A stretch of DNA of 64,000 bases from Lama guanicoe (Eukaryota). Location: assembly GCA_013239625.1 (NCBI GenBank), contig MU054212.1:2666001-2730000 (forward strand), given 5' to 3'. The translations under genes were made by a program, and so were the position numbers. Under the pieces are notes generated by a model. That model was not told the origin of the DNA. It worked only from the letters and a program-made list of their open reading frames with translations, and ran no database searches. Below, one piece after another: positions 38,679 through 52,060 of the stretch (within the stretch, counting starts at the first letter, position 1; each line of letters begins with the position of its first letter).

Positions 38679-39649
38679 CATCACTTTGTTTGCTAGTCCT
38701 GCTTCCCTTAGACTAAAAAGGGCTTTGGAGAGAAGGTTGACCATTTGGGCAAATAAAACTTTATTGTTAGAATTGGAAATGTCGGAAAGCCGGACTGTCA
38801 ACAAATAAGGAAATTCAGTTCTGTATGTCCTAACAGCAAATTTTGGGACCTGTGGAAGTGAGGTAACCTTCTATGTCTCAGTTTCCTTCTTTATAAGATG
38901 AGAAGAATAAATGTAATGATTATTGAAGTTTATATGAGTATCTTTTATATGCCAAATTACACGCTCTTGGTTTCTTATATCCTCTTTCAGGTAAAATGCT
39001 TTGATACTTTAAAGCAGATGAAGGTAGAAATTAGAAAATATTACATATTATTTGCTTAAGAAATATGCTGAAAATACAACAGACAAGTATAATTTTGAAT
39101 TTTTTTAGTTATTGAAATCTATACATTTCTCTGACCATATGAGAATTTTTTGTGTGTGTAGTTTCCATATAAAAATGGTCACATTTTTCCAGCAGAAAAA
39201 TGTGTATATTTCAAATATTGTACAGGAGAACAAATGTAGTTTATAAATATTAAAATGTCTTATTTACTTTTTTTTAATGCTACCTGTGATTTGTTAGAGA
39301 TAGAGCACATTTGAAATGGTTAGTTTTCCATTTGGGGAAACTATTTTAGATATTTAAAATAAGTCATAAACAAATTTTTAATTTAGTTTGAGCACCTTTT
39401 GTTAAAAGTAAACATTGGGCTTTTGGTTTTCCATTTTCAAGATATGCTAGTTTTGAAAGGGGATCTGGTGGCTTATTTCTCTGAGATGGAGAGGTGTGAT
39501 GGATGGAAAGGAACACACATTCAGTAAAATGTTAAAAAATTTTTAAGTACAAAAGATTTTTGTGAATTTTGTGGACAGCTAGGAGCAGTCAGGAATTAAT
39601 CAAATATCTTTTCCAGCTTGAGATCTATGCAGCTTAAAACAGCAAATAG

Positions 39650-40780
39650 CAATTGTCAGTTATTTTTTTAAAATTTACTAACTTATTTAAAAATAACAAT
39701 AAACCCATTGCAAGTTAACATACAATAACATTTAAATGAAAATTCTAGTTTCCAAAACAAAATTGAGTGAAAAGAGCAGCCATTTCTTTACATTTTTGCA
39801 AATTCTTTAGTATCTGACTTAATGGAAGACAGCTGGATTCTCATATCTGCTGCGTTTAATCTGTCCTGTGATGTGTTATTTGGTCAGAATATTTGGAGAA
39901 TATTTGGCCTCATGAAGAGGTAGTTGGAAAAGTATTTTAAGAGCTTTTCTCCAGATCATTATGGATATTCTTTAGAGTCCCCTGGTTTATCTTTTACCCT
40001 GAATGAGTTATTTACCCATGTATGACTTTTGTAACAGCTCAAATTTGATCATCTGGAAAATATTGGCTCACTGAGTTGTATAGGTCTTCCAAATGTTGAC
40101 AGATTTGTTATTTAAGATATCAAAAAATCACACTTGTAATCTCACCAACGAGCTCATCAGAAAATTTTTTCAGTACAGGGAAGCTGTCAAGCTCAGGATT
40201 GTGGTTACAAATTTTCCAAAATTCTGATTTTGGCTTAAGAGTTTTAATTTTTATCATTAGCAACAGATACTGTCAGTTGTTATCTTTATAGTGGCAGGCT
40301 TGATTTGTTTTTTGAGAGTCTATCAGAATACCCCAGTGTTAATGACCACAGCTGGTTTGACATTCTTTCCAGTAAATGAAACAGAAAAGCAGCTAGTTCA
40401 GCTAGCAACAAAATCACAAAGTGCTTTTTTCCTTGAGCATCTTACATTGGTGCATTCTATGTATGGTTCCCATTACATTACACAAAATATTAAAAAGATG
40501 TCTCCTGAAAGGTTGAAATTTAGTAAAATTGAATTTTACTGCTTTGTCAAGGACAGTTTAAAGTGGAACTGGCTCTAGTTTTCATTCTTTTACCACACAC
40601 GCATAGCAGTGGAGAGTACGCTGACAACTATTTCAGTTTGTTGCCATTGCCTTTCTTGCCAGCAGTTTTACCCACTGTTGCTTTTGTACTATCAGTGCAG
40701 ATCTCAGCACAGTGAAAAAGACTGAGAAACGATTAGTGGGAATAATGTAGATCTCATAGACCCCTGAAATGCTTAGAATC
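39650..40780. mobile_element. hAT-Charlie1-like DNA transposon fragment
   Basis: ttacatttttgcaaattctttagtatctgacttaatggaagacagctggattctcatatctgc resembles Charlie1a as recalled. Confidence 0.55.
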
Positions 40781-41293
40781 CAAAACAGTATGGAACGGTT
40801 CCTAAGTCCTTTAAAACAATAGCATATCTATTATAGTGGCCTTGTAGTAGCATTCTAAAAATACAGTCTAACCTCAGTTAAAATAATTTAAAAATTGAAA
40901 AAGCAGAAAACAAAAAAACCTCCAAGACCCCCAGAACAAATGACTTCCAGTTCCCTACCTAAGAAATGTGGGACTCCAGTGTCTTCACTTCTTAATTTTG
41001 CTACAGACTATAGTACTGTCCCCTTATTCAGCCAGTCAGCCCTTCTCTCACTGTGCTTAATGGGATCTTAAAAAAAAAAAATTATCTCTTCATTGTATTC
41101 TGTCTGAATTAAAAAAAAAAACCCTGTATATTCATTCATTTCATAGGGGACATGAATAAAAATGGCCCCATTTAATGATGGACTTTGAATTTATCACTGC
41201 TTAAAGCTTGCTATATCTACAATCATGAATTAAACATTTTTTCTCTTAAAATATTTGTAGACCTAAAAGTATTTTTTTTCCTCCTTTCCTCAG

Positions 41294-41383
41294 GATGCAA
41301 AAATTGAAGCAGAAGAATTTACTAGACAACTGTATGTTGAACTCAAGTCTTCACCTCAGCCTCACCTTGTTCCTTTTCTCAAG
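41294..41383 (+). CDS. TAF4B: TAF4B coding exon 6 (TAFH domain)
   Basis: cctcag|GAT GCA...CTC AAG|gtagag; DAKIEAEEFTRQLYVELKSSPQPHLVPFLK, 90 nt. Confidence 0.96.
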
Positions 41384-43361
41384 GTAGAGTTATATGTTAC
41401 TTTGAAGAAATTGTTTGGATTAGATTAAAGTAATTTAAAATCTGAATATTTCAGTAGGATAGCAATTTAATGTGAAGATACTAACAGTGCAGGAGAAGCC
41501 TCTCAGAGCTGTTGTAATCTGTACAGCATGTTTATAGTTCATATTCTTTAGATTGGGACACATTGGGAAAATAGAAGTAACATCTCATTCATGAACATAA
41601 CTTAATGATTATATTATTTAGTGCTTGTATCCTCAGATTCTTGACTTTAGAACAAAGCAAAGACCCTATTTTTCTAATGACTCATGTTCTCTTAGAAATA
41701 ATAAACCACATAGTGACAAATTTAATGAGAAAGCTATTATTTTTAAAAATTAATTCATATTAGTAGGCACATAATAATATGAGATTTATTGAATTAAGTA
41801 GAATTTTGATGGAGAACAATAAGTTTGATAATAAGAACTTAATCTGGCAGACTGAAAAAATGTATTACTTTTGGATACTTAGAAGCTGAAGAGGAACTGA
41901 ATTGAAATTTATGAAGTCATTAAAACCTGGGATTATAGTGAACCAAATACTCATCCCATGTATTTTGAAATAATGGAATGAAGAGTTGCCTTTAGAAACA
42001 TTTGACTGAAGTGTCTAGGGGAGATGAAAGAGACTTCATAGTGGAAGACTCCTTTTAGTTTCCTCATGATCGAAGAGTGGGGAAAGGAGGTGGAGCATCC
42101 CATTTTCAGAAGGCTATTAAAATATTCAGAGTTGTCTCTAGGAGCGTGACTGCGCATGTCGACCAGGGGGGTGCTAATCCTGTGATATGAAATGTGACCA
42201 AAGAAACTGAGAATATTTTAGTCAGAGGAGACTTGGTCTGGCGAAGGGAAGGTTGAAGGGTGAGCACAGCACTGAAAAATCAGATGACTAGTGCCCTGTT
42301 TGCAGGTGACTCTCTTGACTGGGAAGTTAGAGGCAGCTTTTCCTTGGGCCCCTTTCAGTGCTCTGTGAGCTGTCGGTCTCTGTGTGACACTGACCACTCT
42401 TTTTTAGTGTATCTGTATTTTATACTCAACTGGAGACACTGGGCGGGAAGGAGGGAAGGAAGTAAGCACCTACTATGTGTTCTGTGCTTGGTAGATACTT
42501 TATTTTTAATTTGCCTTGTTTGTATTTAATTTTCCTATCAGTCTTCGAGAATCAGGGCTAGATAGTATAGTATTTTCCATTTTGGAGATGAGAAAATTAT
42601 TTAAATTGACTTAACTTTTGGTTAAACACACAGGTCTAGGATTTAGCTTGACTCTATTGACTGTATAACGCTGACTTGAGGTTACCAAATATTATCGTCA
42701 AGTATTTGCGCTTTTTATCAGTTTCCTAATGACTATTAAGTTTATGCCTTTTTCTTGAGAATATTTTTTTCTCATCCTTGAGAGCTCTGGAGGTTGGGTA
42801 TTGCATACGGATTGAGGGATTCAGCATTTAGGCTTAACTCTGGCCAGGTGATCAAGAGAGAATTTAACATGCATATTTTTATTGTTGTCTCTAAAATTCT
42901 TACCGCTTTGACACTTCTTTCCAGTTGTGTTTTTCTCAGGTCCCCCCATCTTAGATTTCTTGCTTAAATTTAAGTAATCAAATCACTTTAATTGTTCATA
43001 TATTTCCAAAGCAGCTTGTTTCCTACCATTTTTAAAGTTTGGAAAGAGAGCGTAAGAGACTTTGTGTTTCTTTCCTTTGATACTATTTATATATATACAC
43101 ACAATAAAAATTTATATATATATACACACACACTATATGTATGTATACATACAATAAAAACCTTCAAATAAAAATTTTCTCAGTGTTTTTTAATAAAAAA
43201 AGTAAAAGAAGTAACTAAAAGGAAAGGACAGGAAGTGTAGCAATAGTTCTCATTTGCTTCTTAAGTAAAGTCAGTTAAGTGTCAAAACAAGGAAATCTTC
43301 CAAAACAGCTCATGAATTCACCAAAACATAAACTCCTAACTACATACTTTTCCATATTTTT

Positions 43362-43504
43362 AAAAAGATTATTTATTTATTTACTTATTTTTTGGTCGGG
43401 GAGGTAGTTACATTTACTTGTTTTTAGAGGAGGTACTGGGGATTGAACCCAAGACACGTGTATGCTAAGCGTGCGCTCTCCTTCTTGAGCTATACCCCTC
43501 CCCC
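43362..43504 (-). mobile_element. tRNA-derived SINE (vic-1-like)
   Basis: Reverse complement ggggaggggtatagctcaag...cttgggttcaatccccagtacctcc; near-TSD ccatattttt / ccatgttttt. Confidence 0.8.
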
Positions 43505-44102
43505 CATGTTTTTTTCTTACTCAAAAACAAAAATCCCAGCAGAACCTCCTACTTTTAGTTTAAACTGTCTTTATTTTTTCAGCATGGTACAAAGATAGAC
43601 CCCAACTTAAAGTCCAGTTAGAAAATATTCTAGCTCAACTAAGGGAATTGACCTTGTTTTTATTAGTTTTATTTTGATGTAAAGACTATTCCTGTCCAAA
43701 ATTTGAAAGTTGTTTAAAAAAAAAAACACTTTTTTTTTGGAATCTGCTGTCTATAAACAAACTTGTAGATACCGAAGTTATGAGTGATCTATTTTGGGGT
43801 TTAGATGAATACAGATAAGCGGGATACACTGTTTTATTTCACCAAATTAACACTTGATACTAAGTTAATATAAAATAAGTTTAATACTGAGGCATAATTT
43901 TGAATTGAAAAATGAAGCACTTTTGAGCTTTAAGTTGATTATGTCCTGGATATTGACAGGTTATAAATAATTGATAACAGATTTCTTCAACTGAAACATT
44001 GATGTATTTTCTTATATTGTAAAAATACAAAATATAAAGTAGTTCTGTTTTACTAGAGCTAATTTGTTTAGTTATGAGTGTTTTTTTCCCTCCCCTTTCT
44101 AG

Positions 44103-44720
44103 AAAAGTGTGATTGCCTTACGACAACTCTTGCCTAGCTCCCAGAGCTTTATTCAGCAGTGCATTCAGCAGACTTCTGGCGAGGTGGTCATTGCTGCTTG
44201 TACCACGACAGTAACAGCTTCTCCTGTGGTGACAACAGCAGTTGCCTCAGTCCAGCCTGAAAAGCCCGCCATTGGTTCTGAAGCAGCAACGCCCGGAACT
44301 GTGTCAGTGCAGACTCTGAATCCACTTGCTGGTCCAGGGGGAGCAAAAACTGGGGTTGTGACACTGCACTCTGTGGGTCCAGCTGCTGTGCCAGCAGGAA
44401 CAACAGCTGGAACTGTTGTGCTTCAGGCTCCAAAGCCGCTTGTGACGTCTCTGCCAAACACGGTGACAGCAGTCTCACTTCAGCCTGAAAAGCCGGTTGT
44501 CTCTGGGGCAGCAGTGACCCTGGCCCTTCCCTCGGTAACTTTTGGAGAAACTTCAGCAGCCGCTATTTGTCTTCCGTCCGTGAAACCTGTTGTTACTTCT
44601 GCTGGGACCACACCTGACAAGCCGGTCATTGGCACTCCAGTCCAAATCAAACTTGCACAGCCGGGCCCCATCCTTGCACAACCAGCTGGTGTTCCACAGG
44701 CAGTTAAAGTCAAACAACTA
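44103..44720 (+). CDS. TAF4B: TAF4B coding exon 7
   Basis: ttctag|AAA AGT GTG...CAA CTA|gtgagt; KSVIALRQLLPSSQSFIQQC...QAVKVKQL, 618 nt, open throughout. Confidence 0.96.
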
Positions 44721-47700
44721 GTGAGTAGCATTTCATTTCTTCTTCAATTTCTTATTTTGAAAATTTCAGACATTCTGAAAACTGGCAAGACTGGTAAAAT
44801 GAGGCCTCTGTGTACCCCTGACCAAGGTTGACCGGTCATTAACGTTTTCCCATGTTTGCTTTGTCTCTCCCCTCTCCATTCACATAGACAAACACACACA
44901 TAATTGTTTTCCAAACCATTTGAGAGTTGGTTGTAGAAATCATGACTTTGCACCGCTAAGTACTGTGTATATCTTTTTAACATAATTAAACTGTACTTTT
45001 TGTCACACATGGAAAGGTAATATTAACACAGTATTTCCCCAATTGTCCCAACAATGTCCTTTATAGCTACTTTTTTTTTCCCTGACGTTATTCCTAGTAA
45101 AGAATTGCATGCTACACTTAGCTGTAATATTTCAACTGCCTGGGCTTGTTGTTTTGCAGAATGTTCTTTATTTAGTTTTGTCTGATTGTTTCTTCAAGAT
45201 TATATTCAAGTTAAATATTTTTGGTAGGGTTGTTACAAAGGTGATATTATGGTAACGTTTCTTTTCAAAATGTGCTGAAGGGGGAGGAATACAGTGAGGG
45301 GAGTAGGTGAGTAAGAAGTGTTTTTTCCTAAACTCAGTATGTTGAGAGGTTCTTGAGTGAAAGAAATCTTAGCTGTTTATCAGTTAATGTTAAGATCTAC
45401 TTTACTCAAGACGGGTTTTATCAGAAGACTGTGAAAGTATTGTTAACCTGTGGTGAATTAAAAATCGTATTTTAGTCAAGTTCTCCCCTACCTCACACTA
45501 TCACAGAGCTAACTGTTCTCTTGATTTTGGGTGATTGCCCTTGTTCTCTTTGGTAAACCTTCATGTTAAAGGCTGTGTTGTCGATTGTAAGTATTTATGA
45601 ACAGATGAGTTGGTGGGGCTGAAATGTAGAGAAAGCAAAGTGTGAAGGGTGTTCTCATCTGCTTGTTTAATCCATATTTGTGTTTCTTTGCTTCCTTTCC
45701 TTATGGAATTTAAGAACAGTTCCATGTAACATAGCCCAGATTATAGTTAATGTAAAAAATCTTAATTAGTGTTTAAAAAAAAAGTTACCACCTGAAGAAT
45801 ATTGGGTAGCTCTTTAGACCTTTAGTTTCTATAAACTACTAGAACATCAAATTTTGTTAACATCCAAGTAAAACATGAGAACTTGATTTGTCAAGAGAAA
45901 AAGCTAAGGTATGTACTATTTACTATTCTTCCTTTCTAGTGGTTTTTTGGAGGGAAAGGCAATAAAGGACATGTTTTAAAAAAAATATAATAGCTCTTTG
46001 TTTTGCTTGCCAAATAGGAGCAGATATATCATCGTTGGGCCAATTTCCAGCTCTCTAATTTCAGTCTCCATAAAATGCCTAATACTGTGGTTTAAAATGG
46101 TACTTTCTTTGAAAGAACAGTAATGAATTCTTTTATACTTTCTCACTTGTGGTATTTTATTTTATTCAGCAAGTATGCAGGAATATGCTGCACATAAGCT
46201 ACTAAGTGTTTTAGTCATAAGGGTGAGGAATGATGGGGATCCAAGAATGTTAAATCGATTAACAGTTGATCTACAGGCCATGTGGCACACATCCCTGGTC
46301 CAGGAGCCCGCTTGCAGACACCAAGGCTCACTCACCTTCCCTGCCTTGTTCTCTGCCAAGGCCAACACACTGCTGCTGTCGTGTCTTGGCCTCCCCCCCC
46401 CCCAACCCTCCTGGCTGGTCCCTGGGAGGCATGGAGCCTTCATCCACCTCAGGGACCAACCTCTAGGCTGTAATTTATTATTAATTAAAAAAATTTTCTT
46501 AGTATTTTTGAGTGTGAAGACTAACTCATAAATAAATTTCTAATAGCATTTTATTATTATCTTTTATAATTAAAATACTGAAAAGAATTTATCAAATAAA
46601 AGATACCAAGGAAGAAAATGTGAGTAGGGAGATGAGCCAGAACTGTTAGGAGTGTTTCTGTTTTCTGTGGCGTTTCAGTCTGAATGCATAAATGGGGCTC
46701 TAAATATATGTTATTTTGTAGAATTTAAATCTGATCCCTGTGGCTTTACATAAGTATGGTTGTGACTTACTGAAATACATCATTGTTTTCAACAGTTCTT
46801 TCTCTCTTTCAAGAGTCTATTCTCATAGAATGATGGCAGTTGACTTGTTCCATCTTGTATTTCTTCTCTAGGGGCATTAGTTCCTACACGATTATTTACT
46901 GGGACATTTTGGGTTTCTTGTGGGTTACTTTTGTTTAATAATATGTACTTGACTTAAAATTTTATTTTCGAAAAATCAGAGTATAGAATAAATTATATGC
47001 CCAGAATTCTATTCAGAAGTCTGTCTCCTAGATCATTTATCATTAGCCACATATGAGTTTGAGGACTTATAAATAGTTCACTATCAATAGATGACTCAAA
47101 TACATGGTGACTGTTTTTCTTTGAAGTGGAAAATGAAACTCTGCTATTCTGTTTTTTCTTCTTGTTTGAAGCTGAAAATAAGGCACTGCTACAACTTTCT
47201 CTTCCTTTATCCCCAACCCTCATCCTCTGTATTTCTTGAACTGTTATCTTGGAGAATGCCTTTAGCATTGTTATTTTTCACTTTTAAAAAACAGCCCATT
47301 GGAAGTTTTTATCTTTTAGAGGTATATTTTGAAATAGTTATGGATAAAAAGATATATCTGGGATTTGTTTTAAAATAATTGAGGGTAGGGGAAAGTGGGA
47401 AGGGAATAGAGATGAAGTAAAATTGGTCAAGAATTAATCATTGTTGAAGTTTGGTTTGGTGGTTTCATTTTATTGTTCCTTCTGCTTTTGTATAAATGTT
47501 TGAAATTTTCCATGGTAAGTTAAAAGATGAAAATAGGGTCTTTTTGGAGATTTAAATAAAGCAGTGTATAAATTTGAATTCCGCTCTAAAAATTATGGTG
47601 TGAAATGGTCATGTTTTTCACTTTTGAATAAGATAATTTTGCTACAAACTTAAATTTTAAGTAGGCTTTCTTGTGATGCTAAGATAAAGGTATATTTAGT

Positions 47701-47801
47701 TAGGTGAGCACAAATGTTTGTTGTATTGTTTCAATTGAAAGCTTGCTCTTTCCTAAAGCAAGTTTAGTTGAATACTGTATTGATAGTTCTCATTGTTTCA
47801 G

Positions 47802-47937
47802 GTAGTCCAGCAGCCTTCAGGAGGCCTTGCGAAACAAGTGACCACACTTTCCCATTCCTCAGCGTTGACCATTCAGAAATCTGGACAGAAGAAGGTGATA
47901 GTGAGCCCTGCAGTACCTACCAGTCAGTTTCCTCAAG
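47802..47937 (+). CDS. TAF4B: TAF4B coding exon 8 (alternative upstream acceptor would start at 47787)
   Basis: tttcag|GTA GTC CAG...CCT CAA G|gtagag; VVQQPSGGLAKQVTTLSHSSALTIQKSGQKKVIVSPAVPTSQFPQ, 136 nt. Confidence 0.92.
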
Positions 47938-48660
47938 GTAGAGTCTGGCCCATCCCTGCTCCATCACTCAGGGTTGGGAACATAATGGGATTCTGTACTT
48001 TTCTTTTTCACTCTTACATTAAGAGAGATTTCTTTTAAGTTGAGACCTATGAGAGAAGACTGAAAGATAACTTTATTACATTCCTTGTACTTACATAGCT
48101 ACTTTTTAAGGGTATATGTTTTTAAGATTGAAGAAGCACTACTCATGGTATTTTGTAACTGGATAAAATAATCTACTAGTAAATAAAATACTTTTTTAAC
48201 TTAAAAAATTTATTATTGCTTCATTTTTTTTTAAAATGTGCTTTCTTTACGTTTGGAAGTCAGTCTTACAAATAAAAGTTAGGGGTTTTATATATTTTTA
48301 AAATCTACCAGTATGAATTTTAAAAAGATTAAATTAAAATAAAAAATTAAAAATTTTAATAATACAGCTGTATTATTAACATGTTTCTTTCACCTTTTCT
48401 GCATAATATTTTTAGAACGCTGGTAATTCTATAGACAATTTAAGGACCATATAAAAAGATACGGAGAGGTCTTGATTGTATGATATTTTGTGTAGGGAAT
48501 AAATTCATTGTCCTGTTTGAATTTAAACATAGTCTAGGGCAGCTTAAAATTTTCTTTGATTATTCTATATGCTTAAGAGCAATTGTCCTGAAATTTTCCT
48601 AATGTAGTGTGATTGCTTTTTTTTAATTCTACTTTTTTCCCTCTACTTTTGTTTTTATAG

Positions 48661-48763
48661 CTTCCATTCTAAAGCAAATTACGCTGCCAGGAAATAAAAT
48701 TCTATCACTTCAATCATCTATGCAGAAAAATAAAGTAAAAGAGAATGGATCAACATCCTTCAG
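48661..48763 (+). CDS. TAF4B: TAF4B coding exon 9
   Basis: ttttatag|CT TCC ATT...TTC AG|gtaaag; (A)SILKQITLPGNKILSLQSSMQKNKVKENGSTSF(R), 103 nt; phases fit exons 8 and 10. Confidence 0.92.
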
Positions 48764-48879
48764 GTAAAGAAATTAAATAGTTAAAATTTGCTCTGATTTA
48801 AGAAATTAATATTTTTTGAAAAACAAGAGATGACAGAATAATACAAAATAAATACAACGATGCCTTTTTAAAAAGCTAA

Positions 48880-51800
48880 CAGTATTTTATTGAGTATAAT
48901 TTATAAGTGGTAAAGTGCGCTCATTGTAAGCGTAGAGCTCAATGAATTTTGACATATACTTGTGTAATCGTAATTCAGACCAAGATGCTAAACGTATCCA
49001 TCATCTTTATGCTCCTTTCAAATCAGTTACTTCCAGCCCTTGCCTCTGGCAGCCACTATTCTTATGTCCATCACCATAGATCTTTTTTGTCTATTCTTGA
49101 ACTTTACGTAAATGGAAAATTACATCATCTACTCTGCATGTTTTTGAGGTTTATCCATATCATTTTGATTATTAGAAGATTATTCTTTTGTGTTGAGCAG
49201 TATTCCTTGTGTGAATGTTTGTTTTCCCATTGATGGAAATTGGATTGTTTTCTAGTTTTTGATGATTCTATATAAAATTGCAGTAAATATTTACATACAG
49301 ATTTTTATGTGAACATAGGTTTCATTTCTCTGTAGTAAATAGCTGAGTGTTACTGCTGGATCATTAGGTAAGTATGTGTTTTGCTATTTAAGACACTGCC
49401 AAACTGTTACCAAAGGGACTATATACCATTTTGCATTCCTACCAGCAATGATAAGAATTCCAGTTACTCTCCAACTTCTTTTGATTTTTACTATTCTAAG
49501 TGTGTAGTGGTTAGTATTATTCTCATTTTAGTTTGCATTTTTCTAATGACTTAAGATGCTGAGTATCTGTTCTTTTGCTTATTTGCTATTCATATACTGT
49601 CTTCTTTGACATGTATATTCGAATCTTGCCTATATTTCCTTATTGAGTTGTTTGTTTTCTTGTGATTGAATGTTTAGAATTCTTTATATATTCAAGATCC
49701 AAGTCCTTTGTCACATAGTGATTAGGAAGTATTTTCCTTGTGGTGTCTTTCATCATTCTCTTAGCAGTGTCTTTAACAGAGCAAAAGTTTTAAATTTTGT
49801 TGAAATTCAGTTCACTAATTTTTTTCTCTTGTAGATTCTGCTTCTCATGTTTTATCTAAGAAATGTTTGTGTAACCCAAGGTTACAGAGATTTTTCTCCA
49901 ATGCTTTGTTCTCGAAGTTTTACAGTTTTATGTTTGTCCTTCTTGAATTGATATTCTTTAATTTTCACCAGTTGCTTACTTAAAAGTCAGTGTGTGAATA
50001 TTGTTTTCTTATTTATTTTCTCCAAATTATAGTTGCATTATTTGTCACAATATATAAATATTTATACATAAGTCTTCCTTCCTCATCTCTGTCTACATTT
50101 CAGTGGTAGGTCTACTTTTGTATTAAAATGCTTACCTTTGGTCTGTTCTCTGAAGTTTTCTCAGTCATCTCTTGTTTGGATGAAGTTTAATTGAAAGCAG
50201 CCCATGTTTTGATCTACTAGGACACACATTTAATATTTTTTGACTTGGGATGTACTTAGTCTTCCTGCCAGTGATAGATTTCATCCTTGTGCCTGCCACT
50301 AATTCTCTGGTCTCTCTTCTGCAGCTTTTCTCAGTCTGCTTTTGCCCAAAGCCTTGTGTCAAATGAGGTAGGGGTGAGTGGGTGGGGAATTGGTCCCCAG
50401 AGGACAAGAGAGTGTGTACTGGGAATTGTTGTTTTCCTTTTTCATTTATTCTTGTTTTGAGGTTTGGGTATTTTTTGTCTTCAAGTTGTGCTGAGGCTGT
50501 GGTTTTTGTTCTGTATTTGGGGCACGGTGAATGTTGGAAGATTAATCTTGGCAGTCATCATTACCTTCCAATGTACCAATTTTTGATAAAAGCCTAAATC
50601 CATATACCAAGTACCTAAGTCAAGATACATAGAATATTTTAACATCCCAAAAGCTTCCTTTGTGAACTTCCCAGCCGGTCCCCTCGTTATATCTTAGGCA
50701 ACCATTGATTGACTTCTTACTGTAGATTTGTCTTTCCTAGGGTTTTTAAATCAATAGGATCATGTAATTTGTATTCTTATGCCTGATTTCCTTTATTCAG
50801 CATAATGTGTTTGATTTACATTAGGTTGTTGCATGTATTAGCAGTCTGTGCCTTTTCATTGTGAATCGTATTCCACTGTATGGATATACTGCATTTGTTT
50901 GCACTGAATTGTTTATCTTTTTATCGATTGGTAAACATGTGGGTTGTTTCTAGGTTTTGGCTATTATGAATAAAGCTGCTAGGAACACCCGTCTCCAGGT
51001 CTTTGCATGGACATATACTTTCCCCTTTTTTACCTAAGTATTGCTGAATCATTTAATAGATATGTGTTTAACTTTGTAAGAAGATGTCACACTGTTTTGC
51101 TATGTGGTTGTACCATTTACAGTCCTACTGAAAAGTATGAGAGTTTGTTCCAGTTGTTCCACACTGCTGCTAACAATTGATAAACTGCGGTTGTTAAAAG
51201 TTTTAGCCATTTTACTTGGTATATGTATCCAAGGTAGGGTTGGTTCCAGTACCTACCACAGATGCTTAGGTTCCAGTCTGCCCAGTATATCCATGGTTCT
51301 GCATCCTCAGATTCAGCCAGCTCCAGATCATCGGCTACTGTATATATTTGTTGGAAAAAATCTGTACATGTGGACCCACACAGTTCAAACCTGCATTGAT
51401 CGAGAGTCACCTGTATTTTATTGTGGTTTTAATTTGTGTTTCCTTAGTGACTAATGATGCTGAGTATATTTTTATGCCCTTATTGGCCATTTGTGTAACT
51501 CCTTTTGTGAAATACCTGTTCAGATATTTTGCCCATTTTTAAATGGAGTGATTTTGTCGTGCACTTTTCTGCATCTAATCGGTCGTTCATTTAAAAAAAA
51601 TTCTACATCTATTATGAATTGTACTGATTTAAAAAAATAGTTTAGATGTTAATATTCCTGAAGTGTTATCCGTTTTGTATTTTGCTGTATTTGATTTGCT
51701 TAATACTGTGTTAGGGGTTTTGTATGTATGTTTATTAATGATATTGGTATATAGTTTTCTGTTCTTGTCTTTGACAGATTTTGGTATCTGTGGTTAACCT

Positions 51801-52060
51801 GGCCTCAAAAAATGAATTGTAAAATGTTTTTCCCCCCTATGTTTTAAACCTTTGAGTAGAAATTACCTTATTTCTTCCTTAAATATATGAATGAATTTAC
51901 CATTGACACTAAATAGGTCTTTTGTTTTCTTTCAGGGGAAGGTTTTGATAAGAAAGTCAGTTTCATTTATAAATAGATTTTCTATGTCATCTTAATGTCA
52001 GTTTCAGAAAGTTATATTTTTTAAGGTTTTTGTATATTTCATCTTTTAAATTTGTTAAGT
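48880..52060 (-). mobile_element. Cluster of old antisense L1M fragments with a nested Tigger-like piece (~51230-51415)
   Basis: Repeated antisense L1 3' motifs (ttgcattcctaccagcaatg; ggctattatgaataaagctgct; ttggccatttgtgtaactcc). Confidence 0.65.

Noticed and set aside
42150..42176. CTCF- and NRF1-like text tgcgcatgtcgaccaggggggtgct
   Set aside because: An extra G and core mismatches break the CTCF register; too weak to call.
44721..44831. ORF-track extension of exon 7 (VSSISFLL...)
   Set aside because: Lies past the gtgagt donor; intronic.
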